44,870 bases of DNA. Origin: Octopus sinensis. Its lineage: Eukaryota. The notes under the pieces are model-generated. The model saw only the letters and a list, made by a program, of their open reading frames with translations, was not told where the DNA came from and ran no database searches. Positions 24,423 through 37,399 of this stretch are shown in pieces (position 1 is the first letter of the stretch; the number at the start of each line of letters is the position of its first letter). Position numbers and translations under genes: made by a program. The DNA lies in the NCBI RefSeq assembly GCF_006345805.1, contig NW_021835861.1:1-44870 (forward strand), given 5' to 3'.

Positions 24423-24869
24423 TACACAGAGAGAAAAAAAACACAGAAAGAAGGAGAGGAAAAAAATGCGTGCAGTAACTAACGAATCAACATGGCGATC
24501 TGATTTCGGCAGAGGTCAAAGATCAAACATGAGACGCGAGAGCGAAATAAGGGGAGATAATAGGGTTGATAATAGGTTGAATGACCCTAGGATAGGTCTG
24601 GACAGGCGTATGTATGGGGTTGGTGTATGTATTAGTATGTATTAGTATGTATTAGTACGTATTAGTATGTATAAGTGTGTGTGTTGTGTGTATGAGAGAG
24701 TATAAGTGCGTATGAGGGGGTCTGGACGTGTGTATGTATAGGGTTGGTGTATGTATTAGTATGTATTAGTATGGCACATCATATATGATGTGATGTGTAA
24801 AGTCGTGTGGTGTAGTGAGGAGAAGAGGGGGAATATATATATATATATATATATATTATAATATATAGC

Positions 24870-25026
24870 GTAGGATGGTTGTGTGGTAAGTAGCTTGCTT
24901 ACGAACCAGATGGTTCCAGGTTCAGTCCCACTGAATGATACCTTGGGCAAGTGTCATCTTGGGCCGACCAAAGCCTTGTAAGTGGATTTGGTAGACAGAA
25001 ACTGAAAGAAGCCCGTCCTGTATATG

Positions 25027-25114
<88 letters not shown>

Positions 25115-25333
25115 TGTGTATATATTTGTGTCTGTGTTTGTTCCCTCAACATCACTTGACAATCAATGCCGGTGTGTTTACATGCCCGTAACTTAGCAGT
25201 TCGGCAAAAGAGACTGATAGAATAAGTACTAGGCTTACAAAGAATAAGTCCTGGGGTCGATGTGCTTGACTAAAGGTGGTGCTCCACCAAGGCCACAGTC
25301 ATATGACTGAAAGAAGTAAAAAAGTAAAAGAGT
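24870..25333 (+). mobile_element. SINE family B with an expanded (TG)n
   Basis: Matches the consensus. Confidence 0.88.
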
Positions 25334-25664
25334 ATATATAAGCAATAATAAATCTCTGAGCGAGGTAAAAACAGTAGCTGCATGACATTGTGAAGTATAT
25401 TTGCCACTTAAATGTGGCTTTTTGTCACTGGAGAAAGGATATATACATTTGCATTGGGAACCACTTTACATCACCAGCTGGTGGTTGTCACACGCTGACG
25501 ACGGATCAATATTCAGAAACCCGGGTCCGTGTGTATCCCATCAGGCTGAGATGGGAACGATGACTTCCCTTTGCAAATACTGATAGGGCACAGATAGTGT
25601 GTAAGTAGCCAGCTGGAGGAGATGTCTTCCTGGGGTTACAAGCTACAGTAGCATCGACCCTTAA

Positions 25665-25884
25665 CCTTTTAGTGTTCACATTCTTCTGCTAAAATTAATG
25701 CTTTTTCATCTACATTGTTTTGAACTAATCGTGCATTATCTTGTAGCTATGAGATTTTGATGAGGTAGCTGTTAATTTTTAAAACGACATTGTAGGGTTG
25801 GTGTGAGAGACCAGATCTGGCCAGTTTTAACATAAACAGGTAGAATACTTTTGGCCGGATATGGCCAGTTTAAATGCTAAAGGG
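25665..25884. mobile_element. piggyBac-type MITE, 220 bp
   Basis: TTAA on both sides (25661-25664, 25885-25888); imperfect TIR CCTTTTAGTGTTCA vs CCCTTTAGCATTTA. Confidence 0.72.
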
Positions 25885-25935
25885 TTAAGGGTTAGCCACA
25901 TTTAGGTGGCAAATATATTTCATAGTATATATATA

Positions 25936-26070
25936 TCTATTATATAAAATCCGTTCTGTCTGTCTGTGTGTCTTCTAGGATCTTGGGCATCCTCCATCCG
26001 ATTGCGCTCAAATTTGATATGTAGATACCAACGGTATCAGGGCATGTATAAGTCTTGAGAATGCGATCGA
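25936..26070 (+). mobile_element. Probable Helitron-like 5' fragment
   Basis: A|TCTATTATATAAAA start, (CTGT)n, ccgattgcgctcaaattt; no 3' CTAG end found. Confidence 0.4.
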
Positions 26071-26327
26071 TAAAGCCGCTTTTGTCCTGCTTTTCTTGTT
26101 GGAGCACTGCTATGAAGGGTTTTAATAGAACGAATTTACTCCAGGGCTTATTTTTTTTTAAAGCCTGGTACATACTCTATCGATCACTTTTGCCAAACTG
26201 CTAAGTTACAGGTACGTAAGCACGACACCAGTTGTCGAGGGGTGAGAGGGGAACAAACACAGACACAAATTCTGTGTGTGTGTGTGTGTGCGCGCATGCG
26301 TGTACAAGGAGGGCCCGAAAGTTCTTG

Positions 26328-26717
26328 GCTTACTCTTTTACTTGTTTCAGTCATATGACTGCGGCCATGCTGGAACACTGCCTTTAATCGAGCAACTCGA
26401 CCCCCGGGACTTATTCTTTTGTAAGCCCAGTACTTATTCTATCGGTCTTTTTTGCCGAACTGCTAAGTAACGGGGACATAAACACACCAGCATCAGTTGT
26501 CAAGCAATGCTGAGGGGACAAACACAGACACACAAACATATACACACGCATATATAGAGATATATATGACGGGCTTCTTTCAGTTTCCGTCTACCAAATC
26601 CACTCACAAGGCTTTGATCAGCCTGAGGCTATAGTAGAAGACACTTGCCCAAGGTGCCACGCAGTGGGACTGAACCCAGAACCATGTGGTTGGTAAGCAA
26701 GCTACTTACCACACAGC
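26328..26717 (-). mobile_element. SINE family B copy
   Basis: Reverse complement of the consensus. Confidence 0.9.
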
Positions 26718-26730
26718 ATTTTTAAGGAAA

Positions 26731-27000
26731 TAAGAAAATAGAGATAATTAGATTAATAATTATTTACTAATTACAAAAATTGGACATCATCTCTGACAGC
26801 TGTTTCAGTTTAAGACTCTAGAAATTAATTAGTATAATTAAAAACATTTTGACGTTGAATCTCATCGGAGGTGCAAAAAGATATACCTTTACATTTTCAT
26901 AAAATTGTGTATTGAGTGAAAGGAGCAAATCTTCAAACTGTCAGAGATGACGTCCAATTTTGTAATTAATAAATAATTATTAATTTAATTATCTCTATTT

Positions 27001-27005
<5 letters not shown>
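26731..27005. repeat. Fold-back element with ~68-bp inverted arms (Penelope-like relic)
   Basis: taagaaaatagagataatt...catctctgacag (26731-26799) vs ctgtcagagatg...ctctattttctta (26938-27005). Confidence 0.8.
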
Positions 27006-27038
<33 letters not shown>

Positions 27039-27130
27039 ATATACATACACACACACACACATATATATATACATACACACACACACACATACACACATAT
27101 ATGTATGTATGCATATATATATATATATAT

Positions 27131-27936
27131 ACTTCGTATACTGGTAGAATGCGTTTATAAAACATCTTTTTCTCTTGGCTTTATTAAGAAAATTCTATAG
27201 GTTGTAACATATTTCGTCTTTAATTTCAAGCATTTCGGCAATTTTAACCAATCAATTACCTCCATTGACGTAAATAACATTCTGTGCATAATGAATATGT
27301 CCCTCGTTTAAGAAACAGATTGGGTTTATTTACATTTGTGAAGAAAAAAAGATACCCTTCCCCAACTCCTAACCCTAACTAACCCTAACTCTCACCCTAA
27401 CCCTAAATCTAAAATAGATTGAAATGCAATAGATCGATACTAGGGCCATAATTAAAGGTGACAATTTCATATGACACCGCTACGGAAAATGGAATTTTTT
27501 CTAGCAGTGTCAGATGAAAATGTCACCCATAATTATGGCCCTAGTATCGATCTATTGCATTTCAATCTATTTTAGATTTAGGGTTAGAGTTAGGGTTAGT
27601 TAGAGTTAGGGTTAGTTAGAGTTAGGGTTAGGGTTAGGGGTTGGGGAAGGGTATCTTTTTTTCTTCACAAATGTAAATAAACTCAATCTGTTTCTTAAAG
27701 GAGGGACATATTCATATGGCACAGAATGTTATTTACGTCAATGGACGCCAGTGATTGGTTAAAATTGCCGAAATGCTTGAAATTAAAGACGAAATATGTT
27801 ACAACATATAGAATTTACTCAGGAAAGCCAAGAGAAAAAGATGTTTTAGAAACACATTCTACCAGTATACGAAGTTTAAAAGTGTTTAGTTAACTAGAAA
27901 TTATGTTACAAAGTGCCATTCAAAAGGATAAGATCC
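27131..27936. mobile_element. Inverted dimer (palindrome) of the GGATC-ended (TAACCC)n MITE
   Basis: 27131-27482 is the reverse complement of ~27501-27875; both arms align to 28539-28963; right terminus ...aaggataagatcc at 27936. Confidence 0.9.
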
Positions 27937-28260
27937 GTATTATACAAGATTTTACTATGAAAACACAATAAACCCTTTCTCACATGCACACACACACACA
28001 CATCTGTGCTGAATGAGTTGAGAGCCTGTGCGTGGTTTTTCGACTTGCTAGAAATAGCAGCCCCCCCACACCACCTCAGATTTTACATTATTGTCAGAAA
28101 AGGGACGCATTGAATGATGTCCTGATCCTGGCATCCCCACCACTCAAACCACCATCACCATCACCATCATACATATACACACGAGAGGAGGCATGATGGT
28201 CACGCATGGAAAACCCACGATTATGATCTGGAGTTAACAATTGTTTTAGCTCCATAACTT

Positions 28261-28261
<1 letters not shown>

Positions 28262-28295
<34 letters not shown>

Positions 28296-28484
28296 ATTTA
28301 TCTATGTATGTATGTATGTATGTATGTATGTATGTATGTATGTATGTATGTATCTATCTATCTATCTATGTATCTATGTATGTATGTATGTATGTATGTA
28401 TGTATCTATGTATGTATGTATGTATGTATGTATGTATGTATGTATGTATGTATGTATGTATGTATGTATCTATCTATCTATCTA

Positions 28485-28523
<39 letters not shown>
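28262..28523. repeat. (TC)n-(TATG)n-(TATC)n microsatellite
   Basis: Directly visible. Confidence 0.97.
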
Positions 28524-28538
28524 GTGACTTCTATATTT

Positions 28539-28963
28539 GGATCTTTTCGGTTTGAACGGCAGTTTTTTAAAATAATTTCCTCACGTAACTAAAACATTTT
28601 AACTTCGTATACTGGTAGAATGTGTTTATAGAACATCTTTTCCTCTTGGCTTTATTGAGAAAATCTATAGTTTGTAAGATATTGTTGTTTTTTTTCTTCA
28701 ATTTCTGCAATTTCAACCAATCAATGATGCCTATTGAGGTAAAAAAAAAACATTCTGTGCCGTATGAATATATCCCTCGTTTAAGAAACAGATTGGGTTT
28801 ATTTACATTTGTGAAGAAAAAAACGATACCCTTCCCCCACCCCTAATCCTAACCCTAAAACAGATTGAAATACAATAGATCGATCGATACTAGGGTCATA
28901 ATTATGGGTGACAATTTCATATGACACCGCTAGAAAAAACTGCCGTTCAAACCGAAAAGATCC
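28539..28963 (+). mobile_element. MITE with perfect 30-bp TIRs and internal CCCTAA repeats (possibly Merlin-type)
   Basis: GGATCTTTTCGGTTTGAACGGCAGTTTTTT ... AAAAAACTGCCGTTCAAACCGAAAAGATCC; superfamily inferred from GG termini and the 8-bp TSD seen in the 43636 copy. Confidence 0.88.
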
Positions 28964-29109
28964 CTATAGGATCTCATTTCTACTTCTTTCTCTCTCTTTC
29001 AATGTGTATATATTAATTCGTATTTGTTCCGCTTTCTTTCATTCATTCATTCAACGGCATTCATTCAAACTAAATACATTTTAGCGCCAAATTGCTCTTT
29101 ATTGAGTCA

Positions 29110-32100
29110 CATGTCATTCATTCTGCCTTCCCCTTATTTCTATCCTCTGCCCCTCCCTCTTTTATTCTTTCTTTCCCCACCTTCCCTTCTCTTCCCTTCT
29201 TCCTTTCAAAAATTGTTTTGATTCCCACGTTTCTCTCTCTTTTTCTCCTTTTCCTTTTCTCTCTCTATCTCTACACTATTTCTCTCTCCTTTCTCTTTCG
29301 CTTCCCTTGTTGTGTTTTCCCTCTCTCCTTCTTCTCTCACTAAGAAACTTTTTTTCTCTTTTTCTTGATCTCTTTCTCCCTCCCTCTATTTCTTTGCTTT
29401 ACCCATTCCTTCTCTTTCCCTTCTCTCTCTCCCTCTATTTCTTTCCTTTTCTCTTCCTTCTCTTTCTTTTCTCTCCCTCCCTTTTCTATTTTAATAGCTA
29501 TTTTGATTCCCTTTTCATTCCCTCCCTCTCGCCGACTCCCTCTCTACTATATTTCTCCCTCTATTTCATTACTTTCCCCTTACTACCTTTCATTTCCCTC
29601 CCCTCATCCCCTTTTCCCCTTTTTATAACTTTTGACTCTTCCCCTCCCCTCCTCTCTTTCTCTCACTCTGCTTACCATCTCTCTTTTCTCTCTATTTCTT
29701 ACTTCCCCTTACTACCTTATTTTCTCTCCCCTCATCCCTTTTCCCCTTTTCATACTTTTGACTCTCCCCTTCCCCTCTCTCTTTCTCTCTCTATTTCATT
29801 ACTTTCCCCTTACTACCTTTCTTTTCCCTCCCCTCATCCCCTTTTCCCCTTTTCATAACTTTTGACTCTTCCCCTTCCCCTCTCTCTTTCTCTCTCTATT
29901 TCATTACTTTCCCCTTACTACCTTTCTTTTCCCTCCCCTCATCCCCTTTTCCCCTTTTCATAACTTTTGACTCTTCCCCTTCCCCTCTCTCTTTCTCTCT
30001 CTATTTCATTACTTTCCCCTTACTACTTTTCTTTTCTCTCCCCTCATCCCCTCATCCCTTTTTCATAACTTTTGACTCTTCCCCTTCTCCTCTCTCTTCC
30101 TCTCTCTATTTCTTTTATTTCTTTCTATTTCTTTGCTCTTTCTCCACCTCTTTGGCTCTCCCTTCCTCTCTCAACAAGAACTTTCTTCCCCCTTCTCCTA
30201 GAACTCTCTCTCTCTGTCTCTATGTCTTCATCCCTCCTTTTTTCTCCTCTTTCTCTTCAATAGGTACTTTAGCTCTCCCTTTCAGAACTTTCTTCCCTCC
30301 GCCCCTGCAACTTTCACCCTTTTCCCCTGCTTCTCTCTTTCGCTCTCTCTCACTCCCGTTCTCTTACTTTCTCTCACTTTTCTTACACACCTTCACCCCC
30401 TCTCTCACTTTCTATTCCTTTCTTATTGCATCTATCCCTTTCTCCCTCCCATTGACATTCTATTCCTATCTTTCTCAATTTCCCTCCCACTTCAACTCAC
30501 CACAGCCCATACAACCTTACCTTTTTCTTTTCCTCCCCCCACATCTAAAAGCTCTATATATCTCAAACCCCTTCTCCCTTCTCCAAATCTCTCCAAATCT
30601 CTTCATCCTTTTCCTTTACCCCTTTCTCCCTCCCTGCTCTGTATACTCATTCTCTTTTACTCTCTTACTTGTTTCAGTCATTTGACTGCGGCCATGCTGG
30701 AGCACCACCTTTAGTCGAGCAAATCGACCCCGGGACTTATTTTTTGTAAGCCCAGTACTTATTCTATCGGTCTCTTTTGCCGAACCGCTAAGTAACGGGG
30801 ACATAAACACACCAGCATCGGTTGTCAAGCAATGCTAGGGGGAGAAACACACACATACACACACATACATATACATATATATATATATACGATGGGCTTC
30901 TTTCAGTTTCCGTCTACCAAATCCACTCACAAGGCATTGGTCTGCCCGGGGCTATAGCAGAAGACACTTGCCCAAGATGCCAGGTAGTGGGACTGAACCC
31001 GGAACCATGTGGTTGGTAAACAAGCTACTTACCACACAGCCACTCCTGCACCTATGTATATATACATATATACGACAGGCTTCTTTCAGTTTCCGTCTAC
31101 CAAATCCACTCACAAGGCATTGGTCGGCCCGGGGCTATAGCAGAAGATACTTGTCCAAGATGCCACGCAGTGGGACTGAACCCGGAACCATGTGGTCTGT
31201 AAGCGAGCTACTTACCACACAGCCACTCCTGCGCCTATAGTTCTCTATTCACTCATTTTCTTCACCTCTCTTACTCTTTCACTCCATATTCTTTCCTTCT
31301 CCGTTGTCCCATTCTCTTTTATCCCTCTCATAACCCTAATTCCAATTTGTTCTTCTGTATTTCTCATTATATACATTTATCCCCTGTTTTAAACCATTAA
31401 TTTATCATCTTTTACTCAATTTTCATCAATCTTTCTCGTTTTTCAGGCGACATTTCGCTTTCTCTTTCTCTCTCTTACTCTACCTCCCCCTCACTTGTAA
31501 GTATTACTCTATCTCTTTCTCCCGTGATTTTCTCTCTAACTTTCCATTCCCTTTCATTTGCTGCTCCCCTCATTCCTCATTACGCATCCACCGTCCCCTT
31601 CAGAATTATTTCTCTCTCCCCTCCTACTCTCTTTAATTTCTCTAACTCTCTCTACTTTCTCTCTCTCTCTCTCTCTCTTTCTTTCTCTATCTCTCTCCAA
31701 TATTACTCTCTCTATCTTTCTCTCTCTCTCTTCTCTCTCTCCAATATTACTCTCTTTCTCTTTACTTTATTTCTCACTTGTTCCTCCTCCTACTTCTCTA
31801 TCTCGGCACCGTTGTCGTCTGCTTCTTGAATATTCATTCATCCTTCTGTATTACCCTCTTTCTCTCTCTCACACTATTTATTACTCTCTCTCTTTTCTCC
31901 ACCTCCCTTTCTTCCTCTCTGTCACTCTATTCCTCTCTCTCTTTTCTCTACCTCCCTTACTCCCTCTCTCACTCTATTCCTCTCTCTCTTTTCTCCACCT
32001 CCCTTTCTTCCTCTCTCTCTTTTCTCTACCCCTTTTTTCCTCCCTCTCTCTCCCTTTCTCTTCTGTCGTTTTCCTTCTCTTCTCTCACACCGTCGTCGTC

Positions 32101-33540
32101 TGCTTTCGTCTGTACTCTCCTCATTCTTCTCCCCTTCCCCTTCCCCATCGTCCCTCTCTCCTTTTCAATTCCTCTCTTTCTCTCTCTCTCTCTTTTACCC
32201 TTTTATCACTCCCTTCTCTGGTGATAATTTAACACTATCAATCTTCCCCTCTCTTATATTCTCATATAGAAACTTTTACTTAACTCCCCCTCCCTCTGTT
32301 CTTTCAATGCAATTACTCCTCATCCCCTGAAATCAGCACCTCCCTATTTGTAATTTTTTTCCTCGTTTTTCTTATCCCCCTCTCTTTCAATCCTTTATTC
32401 TATCTTTTCTTCATGCTTCTCTTTAAACACTATCTCTTTGTTTTTATCCCCTCTTACTTCGCATTACACATCTCCCTCCAACGATAATTATCACTCTTTC
32501 ACTTTCACCTCTTCCTCATTACTCCTCTCAATTGTTAGTTCCCTCTCTCAATCCCGAATTCCCCCCCCTTCTCTCACTGTATTTGACACTCTTTTTGCTC
32601 ACTCGCTTTTTCAACCTCACCTTTTACTACTCCTCATTTACTCTCCCTCTCACCATCAATCAATCTACAGTTGTCGACCTCCCACTCTCTCTCTTTAATC
32701 TTATTCTGTCTCTCCTCCCATTCCTTCTATTTATTTCTTGTATTTCTTTCTCATTTTCTCCTCTGCCTCACACTAACAAGGCTTTGCTACTCTCCCTTCC
32801 CTTCATTGTATAATTACTTTCATTGTCGCCCTCTCGCTGCATTTCTACTCTTTCTTTCTCACTCCCTCACTCTATTTTGTTTCACCTTTTCTCCTCATCC
32901 TTTCTCTGTATTTATACCCTTTCACTACTTCTTCACTCCGTCTCTATTCCAACCCTTCTTTCTCCAATCTCTTACACCCTCTTTATACACTTACTCTTTC
33001 TCCTCAATCTCTTCTTCTCTTAATATATCTCTTTGCCCCTCTTCCTCATTGCCTTATCTAATTGCATTTCTACTCTTTCTCCTAACACCCTCCTCCCACA
33101 CTATTTCAATTATCTTTCTCTCCTCCCCTCTTCGTGTTATCACTCTTTCTCCTAACACCCTCCCCCTTTCATTCTACTTGTACCAGTCTGTCTCTCACCT
33201 TCTCTGTGTGTCATACTCTTTCTCCTCCTGTTACTCTTTCTCATTCCTCCTCCCAATACATGTCTCTGCCCCTCTTCCTCATTGCCTTATCTCATTGTAT
33301 TTCTACTCTTTCTCCTAACACCCTCCTCCTACACTATTTCTATTATCTTTCTCTCCGCCCTCTTCGTGTTCTTACTCTTTCTCCTAACACCCTCCCCCTT
33401 TCATTCTACTTCTACCAGCCTTTCTCTCACCTTCTCTGTGTGTCATACTCTTCCTCTTCCCCTTTCTGCCAGCCCTCCCCTACTCTCCCCTCCAGCCACC
33501 TGCTATTTTTACTATACTTTTTCATTTCCCTGTCATTCAT
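29110..33540. repeat. ~4.4-kb polypyrimidine low-complexity block with internal tandem repeats
   Basis: Nearly G-free plus strand; tttgactct recurs at 29631, 29757, 29861, 29966, 30071 (~105-bp period); interrupted by SINEs at 30649-31237. Confidence 0.92.
30649..31237 (-). mobile_element. SINE family B plus a tandem duplicate of its 5' half
   Basis: Full copy 30649-31053; second head 31070-31237; both share the variant aaggcattggtc. Confidence 0.9.
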
Positions 33541-34069
33541 TCTGTTTTCTTATTGTCAACCGCCTTACTTTCGCAGCTACTTGCCTGTGTGTGTATATAT
33601 ATATACTATTGCTACCTATATTGTGTATTATACTCCAACGGTTATATCAAGACATTTCTGGTATGTATATAACTCTTTCTTTTCCCCCTTTCTTTGTTTC
33701 TTTCAGACCCCCCACACCTATCTACGCATGTATACACGCACACAATACACATACGTAAATGTATACGTAAACAATAATTTTCAACCTCTACATGTAAACA
33801 ATTATATATGCATACATGTTCAAACCATACACATACACACAGAAAATAGTGTGTGCGTATATAAATGTCTCTGTGTGTTTATGTCTATATATATATAGAC
33901 ACGCACATTAAGATATAGATACATATATACACTCGCACATACATGCTCATATATAATATATATATATGTGTGTGTGTGTATGCATGGTGTTCATATATAC
34001 ACATATATTCTGACAGTCACACACATACCTATATACATGTGTGCGTGCGTGTATATATGTATGTGTTTT

Positions 34070-34114
<45 letters not shown>

Positions 34115-34300
34115 ATGCAGTGTTCATATATACACATATTCTGACATTCACATACATACCTATATACATGTGTGCGTGCGTGTATATATATGTGTGTGTG
34201 TGTATGCATAGTGTTCATATACACACATATTCTGACAGTCACACACATACCTATATACATGTGTGCGTGTGTGTATATATATGTTTGTGCGTATATATAT

Positions 34301-34341
<41 letters not shown>

Positions 34342-34689
34342 TTATATATACAGTGTCTACACACACACACACACGCTGTGAATGTTTAGAAAAAGGCCAA
34401 ACACTAGCTACCCTTTCATCTCAGAATATTCCACCCTGGTTCTTTGACATACAAATTGCCCGCCCGAAATTTACCCGTCATATTCAAACCTTTCAAATCC
34501 TCTCCCCTTCTCTGCCTATATATATATATACATATATACACACACAATTTATATACAGTGTAAATACATATATACACGCACGTAGTCAGTCACGCCAATG
34601 CAGCAGGTACCATTTGTTCCTGGTCAGTCTACGGGCTAGAAATAGGAGCTAAATCTGACTTTAATTATACCCGCCTCTCTTTGTTTTCC

Positions 34690-35385
34690 ATTCTGTTTCG
34701 GTCATTGGACTGTGGCCATGCCGAGGCACCGCCTTGGTGCTTTCAGTTGAACGAATCGATCCCAGTACTATATATTTTCCTTTTCATCCTTTCGGGGTCG
34801 ATAAATAAAAGTACCAGTTTCGCACTGGGGTCGATGTAATCGACTTAATCCCTTTGTCTGTCCTTGTTTGTCCTCTCTATGTTTAGCCCCTTGTGGGCAA
34901 TAAAGAAATATATATATTTTCCTTTTTAAACATGATACTTAATCTATTGGAATTTTATTGCGAACCGTTAGGTTACGGGGACGTAAACAAACCAATACTG
35001 GTTGTCAAGCGATGTTCGGTGCCTGGTGTGTACATATATATATATATATGCGTATTTACATATACCCACACACACATATATATATACGGCAGGCTTCTTT
35101 CAGTTTCTGTCTATCAAATCCGATCAACAAGGAACTATAATAAATGGTACTCGGCCAAGTTCAAATCCCGCCGAGGTCGACTTTGCCTTTCATCCTTTCG
35201 GGGTCGATAAATTAAGTACCAGTTACGCACTGGGGTCGATGTAATCGACTTAATACCTATGTCTGTCCTTGTTTGTCCCCTCTGTGTTTAGCCCCTTGTG
35301 GGTAATAAAGAAATAGGTACTCGGCCAAGGTACCACGCAGTGGGACTGAACCCGGAACTCTGTAGTCGAGGAAGAAAGCTTCACA
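34690..35385. mobile_element. Nest of SINE C copies (34780-34910, 35158-35315, +) inside decayed SINE B fragments (-)
   Basis: Family motifs alternate; ggtactcggccaag occurs at 35146 and 35316, flanking the second C copy. Confidence 0.75.
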
Positions 35386-35499
35386 CCCGCGACCTTTTGT
35401 GGGGTCAGGAGAGACATTTGTTTTGCGACTGGAGTGTGCTTGTATGGCCAGAGACCAAGACAGAGCTGGCCTGGTGTTAAAATGATATATTGAATGCAT

Positions 35500-36870
35500 C
35501 GGGCCGACCATATCGCTTCGCTGGGTTAGCAACAGCCGAAATATCCTTCATATTTCACCATACTGTCTTTGAGACGACGTGTTGGGCATGACTGGATTGT
35601 CCAATACGTCGGGCTTGCCTGGGGTTAAAACTACCAGGTGTTTGCGTACCAGCCAGATCGCTCGGTCGGCTAGAAATAGCAGCTGAATTTCTAAATTCTA
35701 GTGTTGTCTCTGAAAAGAAGTCGTGTCGGTCACGAATGGATTGTCTTTGGGCTTAGAGGTCATTTCACTGGGTATTTGTCTAAGGTTAAAGGTTAAAAAA
35801 TCCTCCACCCACAAGGCATTATTTGGGGGTATCTCGCTAAATAAGGGTGCTTAACCGGTTAGAAACAGCAAATTTCCTTCAAACTACAACCTGACTTGTT
35901 TTTGAAAAGACGTATTGGTCACGTCTGGAGAGCCCTTGCATGGGCCAAGGACTCTGATGGGGTTTACCTGTGGTTAAAATAATGATTTACAATACGGTGG
36001 TGGTGTATTTAAGCAGCGGCCGAATAGCCTTCAAATGATACCATACTATCTTCGAGAGGACGTATGGTCACATCTGGACTGTCTTTGGTCAGAGGTCCTT
36101 TTCAGGAGGCATTGCTTCGTGGTGGTGGTGGTTGGTGTCAACCAGGTCTCTCGACCGGGCTAGAAATAGCAGGCGAATATCTTTTAAATTACGCTATACT
36201 GTCGTTGAGAAGACGTGTTGGGCACGACTGGACTCTTTGATCAGAGTTTTTCTCAGTGGACGCTTACCTAGGGTTAAAATTCTCAGTGTGTCGGATACTG
36301 TCGTGCCAACCAGGCCTTTTGCCGGCTCGAAATAGCAGCTGAATTGCTAAATTTTAACTTTACTGTCTATGGAAGCGCGGGGCGTGTTAGTCACGGCTGG
36401 ACTGTCGCTGATCAGACGGTTTCTCAGTCGGGGCTTCCTTGAGGTTAAAAACCACTCGGTGTTAGCATGCTGACCAGGTCGTCCGGTCAGTCGGCTAGAA
36501 ATAGCAGTCAAATTTCTAAATTATAACGTTACTATCTTTGGAAAAAAAATAATAAAAAGTCGTGTCGGTCACAAATGGACTGTCTTCACCCAGACTTCTT
36601 ACCCGGAGTTAAAAACCACCACCAACAAGGATTTATTTGGTAAATGAACTCGGCTATTTAGAAATAGCAGTCAAATCTCCTTCAAATTACAACCTTACTC
36701 GTCTTAGGAAAGGCATATAGGTCACGACTGGATTGTCTTTAGTCTTAGGTCTGTTCAGTCGAGGGTTACCTGGGGTTAAATAGCCTATTGCGATACATTG
36801 TGTATGGTTAGAAATTTCGACAGGCTAGAAATGGCAGCCAAATCTCTTACCGGCTTAAAGAAGATGGCTA
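35500..36870 (+). repeat. Diverged tandem array of ~9 units of 144-189 bp
   Basis: Anchor tagaaatagcag-like motif at 35527, 35671, 35860, 36010, 36161, 36327, 36496, 36659, 36826; most units also contain ggtcacgactggactgtc-like and cctggggttaaaa-like blocks. Confidence 0.85.
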
Positions 36871-36879
36871 GATACTGTC

Positions 36880-37097
36880 TGTTTCTTATTTCTTTACTAC
36901 CCACAAGGGGCTAAACACAGAGGGGACAAACGAGGACAGACATAGGTATTAAGTCGATTATATCGACCCCAGTGCGTAACTGGTACTTATTTAATCGACC
37001 CCGAAAGGATGAAAGGCAAAGTCGACCTCGGCGGAATTTGAACTCAGAACGTAACGGCAGACGAAATACCGCTAAGTATTTCGCCCGGCGTGCTAAC
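36880..37097 (-). mobile_element. SINE family C, well-preserved copy
   Basis: Reverse complement of 13538-13751 and 35158-35315. Confidence 0.88.
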
Positions 37098-37399
37098 TGT
37101 TTCTGAAAAACGGAGGGAAAAAGTCTGAAATAATAATAATGCCGGGAATGATTAATTAGATGGTTAAAAAGTTAGCTTTATTACTGCGTAATTTCGGGTT
37201 TATTTCTATGTCGCATCATCTTAAGTGTTTTTGGCCATTATTTCTACGGGTGGGTGGTCAGCTGGCAGAGTCGTTAGCACGCTGGACAAAGGTGCTTAGC
37301 GATATGTCGCCCGCCTTTACATTCCTAGTTCAAATGTCGCTGAGGTCTACTTTACATTCCCTTTTATTTATTTATTTATTTATTTATTTAGTTATTTAT

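Noticed and set aside
27360-27650. Head-to-head CCCTAA/TTAGGG tracts as a chromosome-fusion scar
   Set aside because: The tracts are short internal parts of a MITE seen in other copies, and their orientation is opposite to a telomere-telomere fusion (TTAGGG then CCCTAA).
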